Positions 45,555 to 54,853 of a stretch of DNA of 64,000 bases are shown here, piece by piece. Position 1 is the stretch's first letter; each line of letters starts with the position of its first letter. The DNA comes from a virus (taxonomy: Duplodnaviria > Caudoviricetes). The stretch spans positions 792-64,791 of IMG/VR virus record IMGVR_UViG_3300036804_000165; one strand, 5' to 3'. The notes beneath the pieces were generated by a model that saw nothing but the letters and a program-made list of their open reading frames with translations, was not told the DNA's origin and searched no databases. The position numbers and the translations under genes are program-made.

Positions 45555-48500
45555 CTATCCCCTCCCGTGCGGCAGTTGCAGCGCGCCGTTGCGGGTGGCG
45601 TGCCAGAGGTAGCTTTTGAAACTGGCCGATTGCTGCCGCATCATCCCGGCCATGTCGGCGCTGTGGCCGCCGGCGATGTTGGGCGAATAGTTCAGCGTCT
45701 GCCCGCCGCCCGCGCCGCCAGTGCCTCCGCCGCCGCCCATCGCCCCGCGCAGCCCATCGGCGAAGTTCGCCGGCACCACCATTTCGCCCGCGTGCAGTTG
45801 CGCCGGCATATCGGAGGGCAGGTTCCACGCGCCGACATCGAGCGCGGTCAGGCTATCGAACGCCGCCACCGCCGCGAACGCCGCCGCCGCCGCCCCAGGC
45901 GCCAGCAGCCAGCCGACATAGGGGATGGCGGAGACCGAGGCGTAGGTATGCGCCGCCGCCTGATAGGCGCTGTTCATCACCGAGGCGGAGCCGACCGCGA
46001 CCTCTTGGGCCGAACCGGCTGCCGTGGCGGCGGTGTTGGCGGCGGTGCGGGCGGTGTTGCCCGCCACCGTGGCGGTGGTCTTGGCGGTCTCCCCGGTGAT
46101 CCAGTGGGCAAGCTGCGCCAGCAGCGCGGTGTTCTGCGTGGTCGTCGCGGTGGTGTCGATGCCCTCGCGGGTCAGCGTGGCGGCGGCGGTGGCGGCGGTC
46201 TTGGCGGTCTCGGTGGAATTGTTGATGAGCAGTTCATAGGCTTTGCCGGCGGCCCATTTCAGCGCCGCCTGCGTCGCCATCTGGGCATACGAGATGACGA
46301 TGTTGCCGGCGGCCTTTTGCACCGCCATGGAGATCGTCTCCTGGCCGCGCAGCACCGAACTGACCTGACCGGAGATCGCGCTTTCCACCGGGGCGATGGT
46401 CTTTTGCCAGGACGCCGCCTGCTCTTGCGCGATCTGGGTGTTGATCTTGGCGTCCTGCGCCGCGAATTGCTCCTTCAGATCGGTGATCTTGTCGAGCGTC
46501 GCCTTGTACAGCGCCGGTTCGTTGCCCAGCGTCACCAGCAGCGCCTGCTCGCCCGCCAGCATGACCTGTTGCTGCTGCGCGGTGAACTGCTGCAGGATTT
46601 GCAGTTCCTTTTCTTTGCCGATCTTGTGCTCGGCGACCTCGGCGTCGAGCGCGGACTTTACCGCGGCGGTTTCCTTCTCCATCGCGGTGCGTTCGGAGGC
46701 GAGGTATTTCTCCTCCTCGTTCGCCTGCTGCGTCGCGTGCTGGCGCCGCAGGTTGTCCTCCTTGGCGAGTTCGGACTCGTAATCCTTGCTGGCGCTGCCG
46801 TGCGCCGCCTTGATCAGCGCGAGCTTCTGCGCCTCGATCTGCATCACCATGGCGTAGTCGGCCCGGTTCGCCGCCTGCTCCTCGGACAGCGCCGCCAGTT
46901 TTTCCGCCAACGACTGCTTCGCCGCCTGCGCGGCACCAGCCAGATTTTCCTTGGTGAGCGCGAGCCGCGCGCGCGACAGATTGGCGAGCGCGACATTCAA
47001 CTCGCCCTCGGTCAGGCCGATCTGCTTCGAGGCGGCCTCCCAGAACGTCACCCGCGCCTTGTTCTCGTCGATCGCCAGCCCTTTCACCGAGGTGGCGTGC
47101 GCCGCCACACTGGTCAGGACCTGGTTGAGCGCGGCCTCCTGCTCCTGCGCCCAGGTGCTGTCGCCCTGCACCCGGTTCAGTTGGATCTGCACCTGGATGT
47201 TGTGCTCGGCGGCGGCGGCGATGGCGCGCTCGGCGTCGGTGCCGGCGGCGGCATATTGCGCCTGCGCGGCGGCGAGGTCGTGTTGCAGGCCCAGCAGCTT
47301 GTTCAGGTCCTGCGTGTGGGCAATGGTCTCGTCGCGCTGCTGCGCCACCTGCGGGCTTTCCGCGCGCTGCGGCGCCTCGGGCAGCGCCATCGCCTGCGCC
47401 GGGCCGGCCTGGAACTCCATATCGGCGCCGCTCTCGCGGAACTTCTGCGCCGCCGTGACGTATTCCTGGAACCGCGTGGTCAGCGCACCGATCGCGATGC
47501 CCATCGCCGCCGAGGAGTCGTGGGTGTCCTCCGCCAGCTTCAACTGGCTACGCTGCACGAGGCCGTTCTGCGCGTCCCACAGATGATACTCGTCCATCAG
47601 CGTGCGCACGCCACCGGCGCCTTTGTCGAGCGCGGCGACGAGTCGTTCCGTGGCCTTTTCCGGCGTCTCGCCGAGCGATTTGGAAAACGCGATGGCGAGA
47701 TCGGCCAACTGCGCGCGCTGCGCCTGGGTGGCGCTGGTCAGCGTCTGCAGCCCGCCCGCGACCTTCAGCGCCTCGGTCTGGCCGACGCCGGTCTGCTTCA
47801 ACTGATCGTTCAGTCCGGCGGCCTCGGCGCGCGCGCGGGCGGTGTCCTGACCCATCAGCACGGCGGCGTTGCCGATCTGGCGGATCGAGTTGGCGGCCTC
47901 GACCGCACGCGCGATCATCGCGACGATCGCCAGGGTGACGGCGGCGACCGCGCCGACCGCCACGCCCCCCATGAAGGTGAAGCTGGTGGCGAGTTCGCCC
48001 AGCTTGGTCATCAACCCGCCGCTGCGTTCGGCCATCGTGACCAGCGAGCCGGGGATCATGCTGAATCGCCCGTTCATCGCCTCGTGCCCGACGACGACGA
48101 TCTCCCGCATGATCCCGGCAAGCCCGGTCTGAGTCTTGTGCGCGCCCTCCGGGAGGTCGGTGTTCATCAGCGTCTTGAGCTTTTGCGCCGGGGTCTGCAC
48201 GTCGCCCAGGGCGATGGCGAACACCTGCGCGGACTCGGCGGCTGAGCGGAACTCGCGGTCCAGCCCGGTGCCGGCGCCGATCGCCTCTTGGATCGTCTGC
48301 GTGGTGACTTTCGTCGCCAGGGTCAAATCCGCCAGCCGCTGGCGCAGGGTGGCGGTGGGGGTCAGCGTCGCGTTGATCTCGGCGGCGAAGAACGCGGCGC
48401 TGTCGGCGGCGCTTTTCAGCCCGCCGCCAAGGCCGGTGGCGGCGTTGATCGCCTCGTTGGCGGTCTCGGTGGTCAGCCTGAGCGAGCCGATGTTCTCGTT

Positions 48501-49607
48501 CATCAGCTCGACAAGCTGCTGCGCCGGGGTCTTGATGTCGCCGAGCGCGCGGGCGAACACATCGGCGGAGTCAGCGGCCGACTGGAACGTCGTCCCCAGC
48601 CCGGTGGCGCCCTCGATCGCCTGGAGCGTGCTGACCGAGGTGAAGGTGACGCTCTCGGCCAGCGGTCCCATCAAATCGAGCAGTTGCTGGGTCGGCGAGA
48701 GGGTGTCGCCGAGTGCGGCGGCGAACACCGAGGCGGAGTCCTGGGCGGACTTGAACCCCGCATCAAGGCGGTTGGCGGTGGCGATGGCGTCCTGGGTCGC
48801 CGTCGAGGTCAGGGTCAGCCCCTCGGCGACGTCGAGCAGCTTGGCGCGCAGATCGGCGGTCGAAAGCCCGCTGATCTGCTGGGAAAAGAAGGCCGCGCTC
48901 TCGGCGGCGCTGACAAAGCCTTGTCCGAGGCCGGTCTGCGCGCCGATCGCCTGATGGATGGTCTCGGTGGTGCGCGTGAGACTGCCGACATTGGCGTTCA
49001 TCAGCGCGTTCAACTGCTGCGCGGGCGAGGCGATGTCGCCCAGCGCGGTGCCGAACAAATGCGCGGCGTCGGCCGCGCTCTTGGCCTCGGCCTCGATACG
49101 CTGCAGCGTGTTGATGACCCCGCCCGTGGCGTTCTGGGTCATCTGGAACGCTTCGGGCAGCGCGTCGCCCATCAGCGCGCGCAGCCGTTGCAGCGGCGTC
49201 GGGTTCAGCAGTTTGAGAAAGAAGTCCGCCGACTCCGCCGCCGATCGGAACCCGGCCCCGGCCTGTTCGCTGGCGCTCGCCAAATGCGCCAGTTCGGCGC
49301 CCGAGGCGCGTTCGGCGGCGGTCGCGGCCAGGATCGCCTGCGCCAGCCGGTCGCTGCCAAGGCCCAGGGCGGCGGTATCGATCTTGGCGAGGTTGCCCCC
49401 GGCGGCGGTCAGCGCGGCGGCGAAATCGGACGCGGAGAGCGTCGCCCGCTGCATCGCCCCGCCCACCGCGCCCAGCGACCCCGCAGAGCTTTGCAGCGCG
49501 GCGGTGAATTGCGTCGCCGCTTGCGCCGCGCTTTGCGTGCCATCCTGGAAGCCGGAGGCGTCGGCGGTGATGTTGACGTTGACGTTCTCGTCGCTCGAAC
49601 CGCTCAT
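45555..49607 (-). CDS. Tail tape measure protein
   Basis: 1350 aa, Ala-rich helical, follows chaperones; ~56-aa SAAxSAxxF repeats; C-terminal LHAGEMVVPA. Confidence 0.9.
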   Translation of the reverse strand: MSGSSDENVNVNITADASGFQDGTQSAAQAATQFTAALQSSAGSLGAVGGAMQRATLSASDFAAALTAAGGNLAKIDTAALGLGSDRLAQAILAATAAERASGAELAHLASASEQAGAGFRSAAESADFFLKLLNPTPLQRLRALMGDALPEAFQMTQNATGGVINTLQRIEAEAKSAADAAHLFGTALGDIASPAQQLNALMNANVGSLTRTTETIHQAIGAQTGLGQGFVSAAESAAFFSQQISGLSTADLRAKLLDVAEGLTLTSTATQDAIATANRLDAGFKSAQDSASVFAAALGDTLSPTQQLLDLMGPLAESVTFTSVSTLQAIEGATGLGTTFQSAADSADVFARALGDIKTPAQQLVELMNENIGSLRLTTETANEAINAATGLGGGLKSAADSAAFFAAEINATLTPTATLRQRLADLTLATKVTTQTIQEAIGAGTGLDREFRSAAESAQVFAIALGDVQTPAQKLKTLMNTDLPEGAHKTQTGLAGIMREIVVVGHEAMNGRFSMIPGSLVTMAERSGGLMTKLGELATSFTFMGGVAVGAVAAVTLAIVAMIARAVEAANSIRQIGNAAVLMGQDTARARAEAAGLNDQLKQTGVGQTEALKVAGGLQTLTSATQAQRAQLADLAIAFSKSLGETPEKATERLVAALDKGAGGVRTLMDEYHLWDAQNGLVQRSQLKLAEDTHDSSAAMGIAIGALTTRFQEYVTAAQKFRESGADMEFQAGPAQAMALPEAPQRAESPQVAQQRDETIAHTQDLNKLLGLQHDLAAAQAQYAAAGTDAERAIAAAAEHNIQVQIQLNRVQGDSTWAQEQEAALNQVLTSVAAHATSVKGLAIDENKARVTFWEAASKQIGLTEGELNVALANLSRARLALTKENLAGAAQAAKQSLAEKLAALSEEQAANRADYAMVMQIEAQKLALIKAAHGSASKDYESELAKEDNLRRQHATQQANEEEKYLASERTAMEKETAAVKSALDAEVAEHKIGKEKELQILQQFTAQQQQVMLAGEQALLVTLGNEPALYKATLDKITDLKEQFAAQDAKINTQIAQEQAASWQKTIAPVESAISGQVSSVLRGQETISMAVQKAAGNIVISYAQMATQAALKWAAGKAYELLINNSTETAKTAATAAATLTREGIDTTATTTQNTALLAQLAHWITGETAKTTATVAGNTARTAANTAATAAGSAQEVAVGSASVMNSAYQAAAHTYASVSAIPYVGWLLAPGAAAAAFAAVAAFDSLTALDVGAWNLPSDMPAQLHAGEMVVPANFADGLRGAMGGGGGTGGAGGGQTLNYSPNIAGGHSADMAGMMRQQSASFKSYLWHATRNGALQLPHGRG

Positions 49608-49945
49608 GCCTGCATCACCACCGTTTGGCCGGGCTTACCGCCGAGGCTCTGGAACAAGCCGCGCAACGCACCGGTCGGCGGCGGCACGCGCGGGCGGGCC
49701 ACCGGGCCGGCGGTGCGGACGACGATGGGGTCCGCCGGCGGCTTGAAGCCGAGGTAGCCGGCGATCAGCCATTCCGGCCTCGGATGCGCGCGCCAGTGGC
49801 GTTTCAGCGCCAGATAGCGCGGGATGGTGACGCGGCGTTCGACCGCGTCCCACGAACCGCCCTCGATGCCGTATGCCGTCAGTTCGGCGACGAGCCGGTC
49901 CCATTGAGGTGGGCTGGCACGTGACCCGTCGCCGAGGCTTCCCCC
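49604..49945 (-). CDS. Tail assembly chaperone, -1 frameshift extension (gpT-like)
   Basis: Open -1 frame after slippery GGGGGAA (minus strand, 49945-49939). Confidence 0.7.
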   Translation of the reverse strand, partial: GGSLGDGSRASPPQWDRLVAELTAYGIEGGSWDAVERRVTIPRYLALKRHWRAHPRPEWLIAGYLGFKPPADPIVVRTAGPVARPRVPPPTGALRGLFQSLGGKPGQTVVMQA

Positions 49946-50379
49946 TGCGGGTCGCCAGCCTCGCTGCTGACAAGGCCCGAGAGGTTCATCAGTTGCGTGC
50001 AGGCGACATGGATGCCGGCGAACTCGCTCGGCTGCACCTGCTTGGCAAACTGCTCGTAGCTGGGCGGGGGCGTGTCGAGCGCCAGCGCGGCGACGATGAC
50101 CTTGATCGCCTCGCGGGTCTGGCCGATGAAATCCGCCCCCTCCTGCTCGACCAGCGCCTGCGCGGTCACGAGGTTGTCCGTCGCCGTGGTGTGCTCCTCG
50201 GCGGTGATCGCGTTGCGCACCTGAAGCTGAGCGGCCGCCAGCGCCTGGCTCAGTGCGCCCAGCCGGCTCATCCGCTGGATGTGCGGCCACGCGCGTTCGA
50301 GGCAGTAGAACGGCATCGGCGGGCAGACATACGTCACACCCCCGATGACCACCAAGGTTGGCTGCTGCATGGCGTTCAC
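49879..50379 (-). CDS. Tail assembly chaperone (gpG-like)
   Basis: Between tail tube and tape measure genes. Confidence 0.75.
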   Translation of the reverse strand: MNAMQQPTLVVIGGVTYVCPPMPFYCLERAWPHIQRMSRLGALSQALAAAQLQVRNAITAEEHTTATDNLVTAQALVEQEGADFIGQTREAIKVIVAALALDTPPPSYEQFAKQVQPSEFAGIHVACTQLMNLSGLVSSEAGDPQGEASATGHVPAHLNGTGSSPN

Positions 50380-51113
50380 AGCGAGGTCGAGATGGTGACC
50401 GGCGAGCCGTTGCCGGCGAACGCCTGGAAATCGAACTCTTCCATGACGTAGTCGTCGATTTTCGTCGGCATGGTGAGTTTCGAGGAGACGCAGTTGGGCA
50501 TCGTGATGGTGGTGGTGTTGCCGCCGTAGGTCTGCGCGAACGAGGTCGAGAAGCGCGGCGTGGTGCCCATCAGCGGGTTGCCCGAGGCCATCGTGAAGCC
50601 GGTCGTCGCGGTGTAGGTGTAGTCGATCAGCACCGCGCGCGAGGCATCGACCGAGGCGAAGGTGTAGATGCCGGTCGCGGTGTCCACCTCATAGGTGTTG
50701 GTCAAGGTCGGCGCGACGGTGACGCGCTTGAACGGCGTGCCGGTGGCGGCGTCGTAGACGCCCAGATCGGTCACGAAGGTGGCGGCGTTCGCCACCGTGA
50801 TGATGAAGGTGGTCGCCGCCGGCACCGTGCCCGCCTCGCCGTACTGGCTGATCGTCTGGCCGGTGGCAACGGTGCCGCCGAAGAAGATCGCGTTCATGAT
50901 CGGCGCGCTAATCTGGGCGAATTTCGCCTTCGCCTGGATCTTCACCTTGCCGCGCGCCACGTCCAGGGCGAACTGGTTCTGCCCGAACAGTTCCTTGACC
51001 TCGCCGGAGAAGTCGAGTTGCAGGTCCTGGAACGCGCCGAAACGGATCGGCGCCTGCCCGGAGATGTCGGTGCGCGTGGTGTAGAGGAGGCCGGAACCGA
51101 AGCCGAACTGCAT
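50376..51113 (-). CDS. Major tail tube protein
   Basis: FGAFQDLQLDFSGEVKELFGQNQFA; position. Confidence 0.75.
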   Translation of the reverse strand: MQFGFGSGLLYTTRTDISGQAPIRFGAFQDLQLDFSGEVKELFGQNQFALDVARGKVKIQAKAKFAQISAPIMNAIFFGGTVATGQTISQYGEAGTVPAATTFIITVANAATFVTDLGVYDAATGTPFKRVTVAPTLTNTYEVDTATGIYTFASVDASRAVLIDYTYTATTGFTMASGNPLMGTTPRFSTSFAQTYGGNTTTITMPNCVSSKLTMPTKIDDYVMEEFDFQAFAGNGSPVTISTSL

Positions 51114-51131
51114 GGAAGTCTCTCCTTGTTG

Positions 51132-51569
51132 CTACGGAGGCATGATCTTGATGGGGATCACCGCGCCGCCGAGCCCGTTGGTGTCGGTATCGCCGGTTTC
51201 CTTGACGATCGTGCCCTCGACGCGGGCGTAATGAACCAGCCCGCCCAGCGAACAGACGTTGCGGCCGAAATCATCGACCGCGAGCGCGGTTTCGACCGCA
51301 TCGATCATCGGGTTGATGATCGTTGCGCCGGCGACGGTCGAATCGGGGTTGGTGAAGACGATGACGATCCAGGCTTCGAGGATGCGCTTGTCGGGCAGCC
51401 CGGTCTGATTGCGCGCGCGCTCGGGCTGCTCCCATTGCATCAGGCGCGGCTGATCGAGCGGCGCTACCTGACCGGGCAGCGTCATCCGCCGCGAGTACGA
51501 GGTGATGCCGGGCACGCTCTCCATGCGCGCGAACAGCGCCTGCATGATGGCTTCACGGGTCGGCATCAT
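51132..51569 (-). CDS. Tail terminator-like protein
   Basis: REAIMQALF..SLGGLV; position. Confidence 0.65.
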   Translation of the reverse strand: MMPTREAIMQALFARMESVPGITSYSRRMTLPGQVAPLDQPRLMQWEQPERARNQTGLPDKRILEAWIVIVFTNPDSTVAGATIINPMIDAVETALAVDDFGRNVCSLGGLVHYARVEGTIVKETGDTDTNGLGGAVIPIKIMPP

Positions 51570-52108
51570 CGCTCCGCCTCGGCGAAGCTGAAGGAAACGG
51601 CGCCCGCGAACGCCTCGCGGATCGCCTCGCGGCGCTGCGCCAGCGCATAGCGCAGATACGACCGCTCAGGCATCGGAATGGCGTGCGGATTGGTGTGCGG
51701 GGTGAACACCCAGTCGGCGGCGGAGGTGCTGCCGGCGCGGAACTGCGCCCAGCGGTCGGCGGCGAACGCCTGGAACTTGTCCGAGCCGGGGTGACCGATG
51801 ATGCCGCCGTATTCGTGGATCGCCAGATACGGCAGCCCCGAGGCCATCACCGAGAAGCTGATCAGCGCGCCGCCGGTGTCGATGGTGTCGGCGGTGTCGA
51901 CCCCGACCGCCGCCTGCATCTGCCCGGCGTTGCGGAACAACTCGCCGATCCGCGCGCGGGCCATCTCGGCGATCTCTTCGGCCTCGCTCAGCATGACGTC
52001 GTAGAGCCGGTCGTGCAGCCGCCGTGCGGCGCCCTGGAAGCGACCTTGGACTTTAGCGAGACCGACGACCTCAAGGCCGCGGACCGCAAAATCGCCGGAC
52101 CCGCTCAT
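51566..52108 (-). CDS. Neck / tail completion protein
   Basis: YLAIHEYGG..MPERSYLR. Confidence 0.7.
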   Translation of the reverse strand: MSGSGDFAVRGLEVVGLAKVQGRFQGAARRLHDRLYDVMLSEAEEIAEMARARIGELFRNAGQMQAAVGVDTADTIDTGGALISFSVMASGLPYLAIHEYGGIIGHPGSDKFQAFAADRWAQFRAGSTSAADWVFTPHTNPHAIPMPERSYLRYALAQRREAIREAFAGAVSFSFAEAER

Positions 52109-52563
52109 GAGCCGACCTCGCTCAGCGAACCCTCGGTGTTCACCGGGCCGACCGGCAGGTAGTTGTCCTGCATGCCGATGGCGAACTGCGGCCCCATACG
52201 ATCGGGATCGGCCAGCATCTGGTTGTAGTCGGCCTGACTGATCTGGCCGCTGTAGGGCAGCCCGGCGGAGCGGGCCATGGCCTGCACTTCGTAGCGCCCG
52301 GCGGCGGCGGCGTAGGCGCGCGAGCGGGCGGAATACAGCGTGTGCAGGCTGCCCTGCGTGCTGTCGGCCTGCCGCGCCATCTGCGAGGCGAGCGAACGGC
52401 AGGCATCGGCCGCCGCGCCGTAGATCGAGGTGCGCTGACCGCTGAGCCAGGTCAGTTCCTCGTCCTGCATCTGCGGGTCTTTGCTCAGCGTGTCGCCGAT
52501 CAGCAGCCGCAGTTGGAACAGCGGCGTGCTGGCGAGCGCGGTGGGGTCGTACGTCCAGGTCAT
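52105..52563 (-). CDS. Head-tail adaptor
   Basis: MTWTYDP..LRLLIGDT..DEE. Confidence 0.7.
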   Translation of the reverse strand: MTWTYDPTALASTPLFQLRLLIGDTLSKDPQMQDEELTWLSGQRTSIYGAAADACRSLASQMARQADSTQGSLHTLYSARSRAYAAAAGRYEVQAMARSAGLPYSGQISQADYNQMLADPDRMGPQFAIGMQDNYLPVGPVNTEGSLSEVGS

Positions 52564-52985
52564 GAGGACTGCACGCGGCTCCAGTTACCCACCTTGGTGC
52601 AGAAATACAGCGCCGCGACGCCATTGGCCTGGGCGACGCCGGTTGCGGTCGCGACGAGGTTGATCGTATCGGTGCCATTACCGAACACCTGCATCGAGGC
52701 GACGCCGTCGTTGCTCAGGAAGAACTCGCCGCCGACGACAGCGGCCGGCAGCAGCACCGAGTCCGCCGCCGTCGCCACGGTGCCCACCGAGGCCATCGCG
52801 CCGGTCAACTGCAAGGCGCCGGCCTTGCCGCCGCCGGCGTGCGCGGTCAGCCCGCTCGCCGTCTGCGCCTTCAGCGGTGCGCTGGCGAAGGTGGCGGTGC
52901 CGAAGGATGCGGTGCCGAAGGTGGCGCTGACGAACGAGCCGTAGACGGCGGCAATTTTGCCCTGGAAGCGTTGCATGACACCCAT
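52560..52985 (-). CDS. Virion-associated hypothetical protein
   Basis: TAHAGGG..VATAADSVLLP. Confidence 0.65.
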   Translation of the reverse strand: MGVMQRFQGKIAAVYGSFVSATFGTASFGTATFASAPLKAQTASGLTAHAGGGKAGALQLTGAMASVGTVATAADSVLLPAAVVGGEFFLSNDGVASMQVFGNGTDTINLVATATGVAQANGVAALYFCTKVGNWSRVQSS

Positions 52986-52997
52986 GGCGGCTCTCCC

Positions 52998-53312
52998 TCA
53001 CGTGGCTTTGGTTTGCGCGAGCGCTTCGGCGGCCTCGCGGGACAGCGGCTCGGCGTTCAGCACGGTCCCGTGCACCACGTCGTAACGGCCGCCGCCGCGA
53101 TGGATGACGTGGCGTTCGTTACTGGCATGGCGCGGCACGTAGAACGGGGTGATCTGCCCGTCGCGCAGCCACAGCCGCTTGATCGTGTATTTGATCGCGG
53201 CATAGGCGGCGGTGGACAGCACGGTGCCCGCCAGGACGCGCTGGGCGCCCTGCCCGTAAGGCTTGCGCACGATCGCGCCGGCGATCGTGTAGCCGGGGAT
53301 GGAGTCGTCCAT
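52998..53312 (-). CDS. Hypothetical protein
   Basis: HRGGGRYDV..LN..PL.REAA. Confidence 0.6.
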   Translation of the reverse strand: MDDSIPGYTIAGAIVRKPYGQGAQRVLAGTVLSTAAYAAIKYTIKRLWLRDGQITPFYVPRHASNERHVIHRGGGRYDVVHGTVLNAEPLSREAAEALAQTKAT

Positions 53313-53314
53313 GC

Positions 53315-54301
53315 TCAGGCAACGATCGAGTTGAACATGTAGCCGAGGTCGGCGCCGACCAGGTGCATGTCGAAGCTCATCTCGGTCTCGACGCGGGTCG
53401 CGCGCAGCTTCTGCTCGTACCACGAGGAGGTGCGGATGCCGACGTCGTTCAGGCCGGTATAGCCCCGCCAGCCGAAGATGTAGCCCGCCGAGGGGATCAT
53501 CAGCCCGGGGCTGGGCGGGGAGTAGGACAGCAGCGCCGATTTGCCCATGATCCACGAAAAGCTGTCGGTGCCCCCCTCGATCCCGGCGTTGTAGACCGCC
53601 TTGGAGACGATGACCTGTTCGAGGTCGAACATCTCGGCGAGCAGGATCGCGGTGACGTTCTTCGCGGTCGGCATCGAGGTGTACTTGATGCGATCGACGA
53701 TCAGCGGGTGTTTGATCAGCGCCTGGAACACCGGGTAGGAGATGGTGAGCTTGTTCGGTTCCATCCCCGTGGTCAGCAGCACGTAGGTCTTGCCGTTGGC
53801 AACGTCGGTGATCGGATCGCCGTTGGTGTCGTCGGACCACTGGATCGTCTGCCCGGTGGTGGGCGTCGCGGAGACGCCGGTGATGTCGGTGCCCCAGATG
53901 CCGGTCGTCAGGTAATTCTGCACGAACAGCCGATCGCGGCGGATCAGCAGCCGCTGGGTGCAGAACTCGGTCGAGGTGGTTTCGATATCCACCGCCGGAT
54001 CGGCGTTGGAGCGCACCTGATCGCCGATGTCCTTGTGGAACGCCCACACCGCGGCGGAATAGGCGCCGGTTGACATGTTGAAGCCGCCGCCAGCGGACTC
54101 GGTCGCATCGGCGCGCTGCTGGGCCTCATCACGGAAGAAGTCCGACTTCGAGAAAATGAAGTATTTGTCCGCCTGATTGTTCACCGGCACCATCGGGAAC
54201 ACTTTGTCGGCGATGTAGGCATCGGCCGACTGCAGGTAGGCCACGCTGATGTCGGTCAGCGCGGCGGATACGTGGACGTCACTAAATACTGGCTGCGGCA
54301 T
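53315..54301 (-). CDS. Major capsid protein
   Basis: ALTDISVAY..IADKVFP.VPV; 328 aa; position. Confidence 0.85.
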   Translation of the reverse strand: MPQPVFSDVHVSAALTDISVAYLQSADAYIADKVFPMVPVNNQADKYFIFSKSDFFRDEAQQRADATESAGGGFNMSTGAYSAAVWAFHKDIGDQVRSNADPAVDIETTSTEFCTQRLLIRRDRLFVQNYLTTGIWGTDITGVSATPTTGQTIQWSDDTNGDPITDVANGKTYVLLTTGMEPNKLTISYPVFQALIKHPLIVDRIKYTSMPTAKNVTAILLAEMFDLEQVIVSKAVYNAGIEGGTDSFSWIMGKSALLSYSPPSPGLMIPSAGYIFGWRGYTGLNDVGIRTSSWYEQKLRATRVETEMSFDMHLVGADLGYMFNSIVA

Positions 54302-54406
54302 CGAGAGGCTCCATCTATGGGACTGGGCGCCTCAACGGCGCTGCGGGGATGTCTTGCCCAAGGGCATCCTTATGTCGGAAACGGCGCGGGCGGCGCCGAA
54401 GGCGGT

Positions 54407-54784
54407 TCAGGCGGCGGCGCCCTGCGGCACGAGCGCGATGGTGATAAGCTGACCGGCGGCGGTGGCCGCTTCGAGCGCCACGCCAAGACGCTGATTGGTG
54501 CTGGCCGCGGTGATCACTCGCCCCGAGGTGTCGCTGGTCAGTCGTGCGGCGGCGCTGATCGCGGCCCCGGCAACCGCCTTGGTGACACCGAGGATGCCGA
54601 CGTCCGCCGCCTGCCCCAGCGTCGGCTTGTTCTGCAGGATGCCGTAGGCAACATCGCCCACCGCAGCGGTGAGATTGACCTGCCGCGCAGCGGTGATTTT
54701 TACGATGTAGAACTGGTTGGCCGACAGATCGACAGCAGCGGTGGTCTGGCTGCCGTCGTGGATGAGCGGGGATTCGGTAGCCAT
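54407..54784 (-). CDS. Capsid decoration/cement protein (DUF2190-like)
   Basis: GILQNKP..G.TK..AGAAI..GVALEAATAAG. Confidence 0.75.
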   Translation of the reverse strand: MATESPLIHDGSQTTAAVDLSANQFYIVKITAARQVNLTAAVGDVAYGILQNKPTLGQAADVGILGVTKAVAGAAISAAARLTSDTSGRVITAASTNQRLGVALEAATAAGQLITIALVPQGAAA

Positions 54785-54853
54785 GTGCGCCTTGTCCTTA
54801 TGTTGACGGCGAAAGCGGGATTATTGTGCGTTACGCACAGATCGCGGGCGTGC

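Noticed and set aside
45303-48245. 980-aa plus-strand ORF
   Set aside because: Antisense shadow of the tape measure gene in GC-rich DNA; no motifs
48150-49260. Seven ~56-aa repeats in the tape measure protein as a novel element
   Set aside because: Periodic repeats are normal for tape measure proteins
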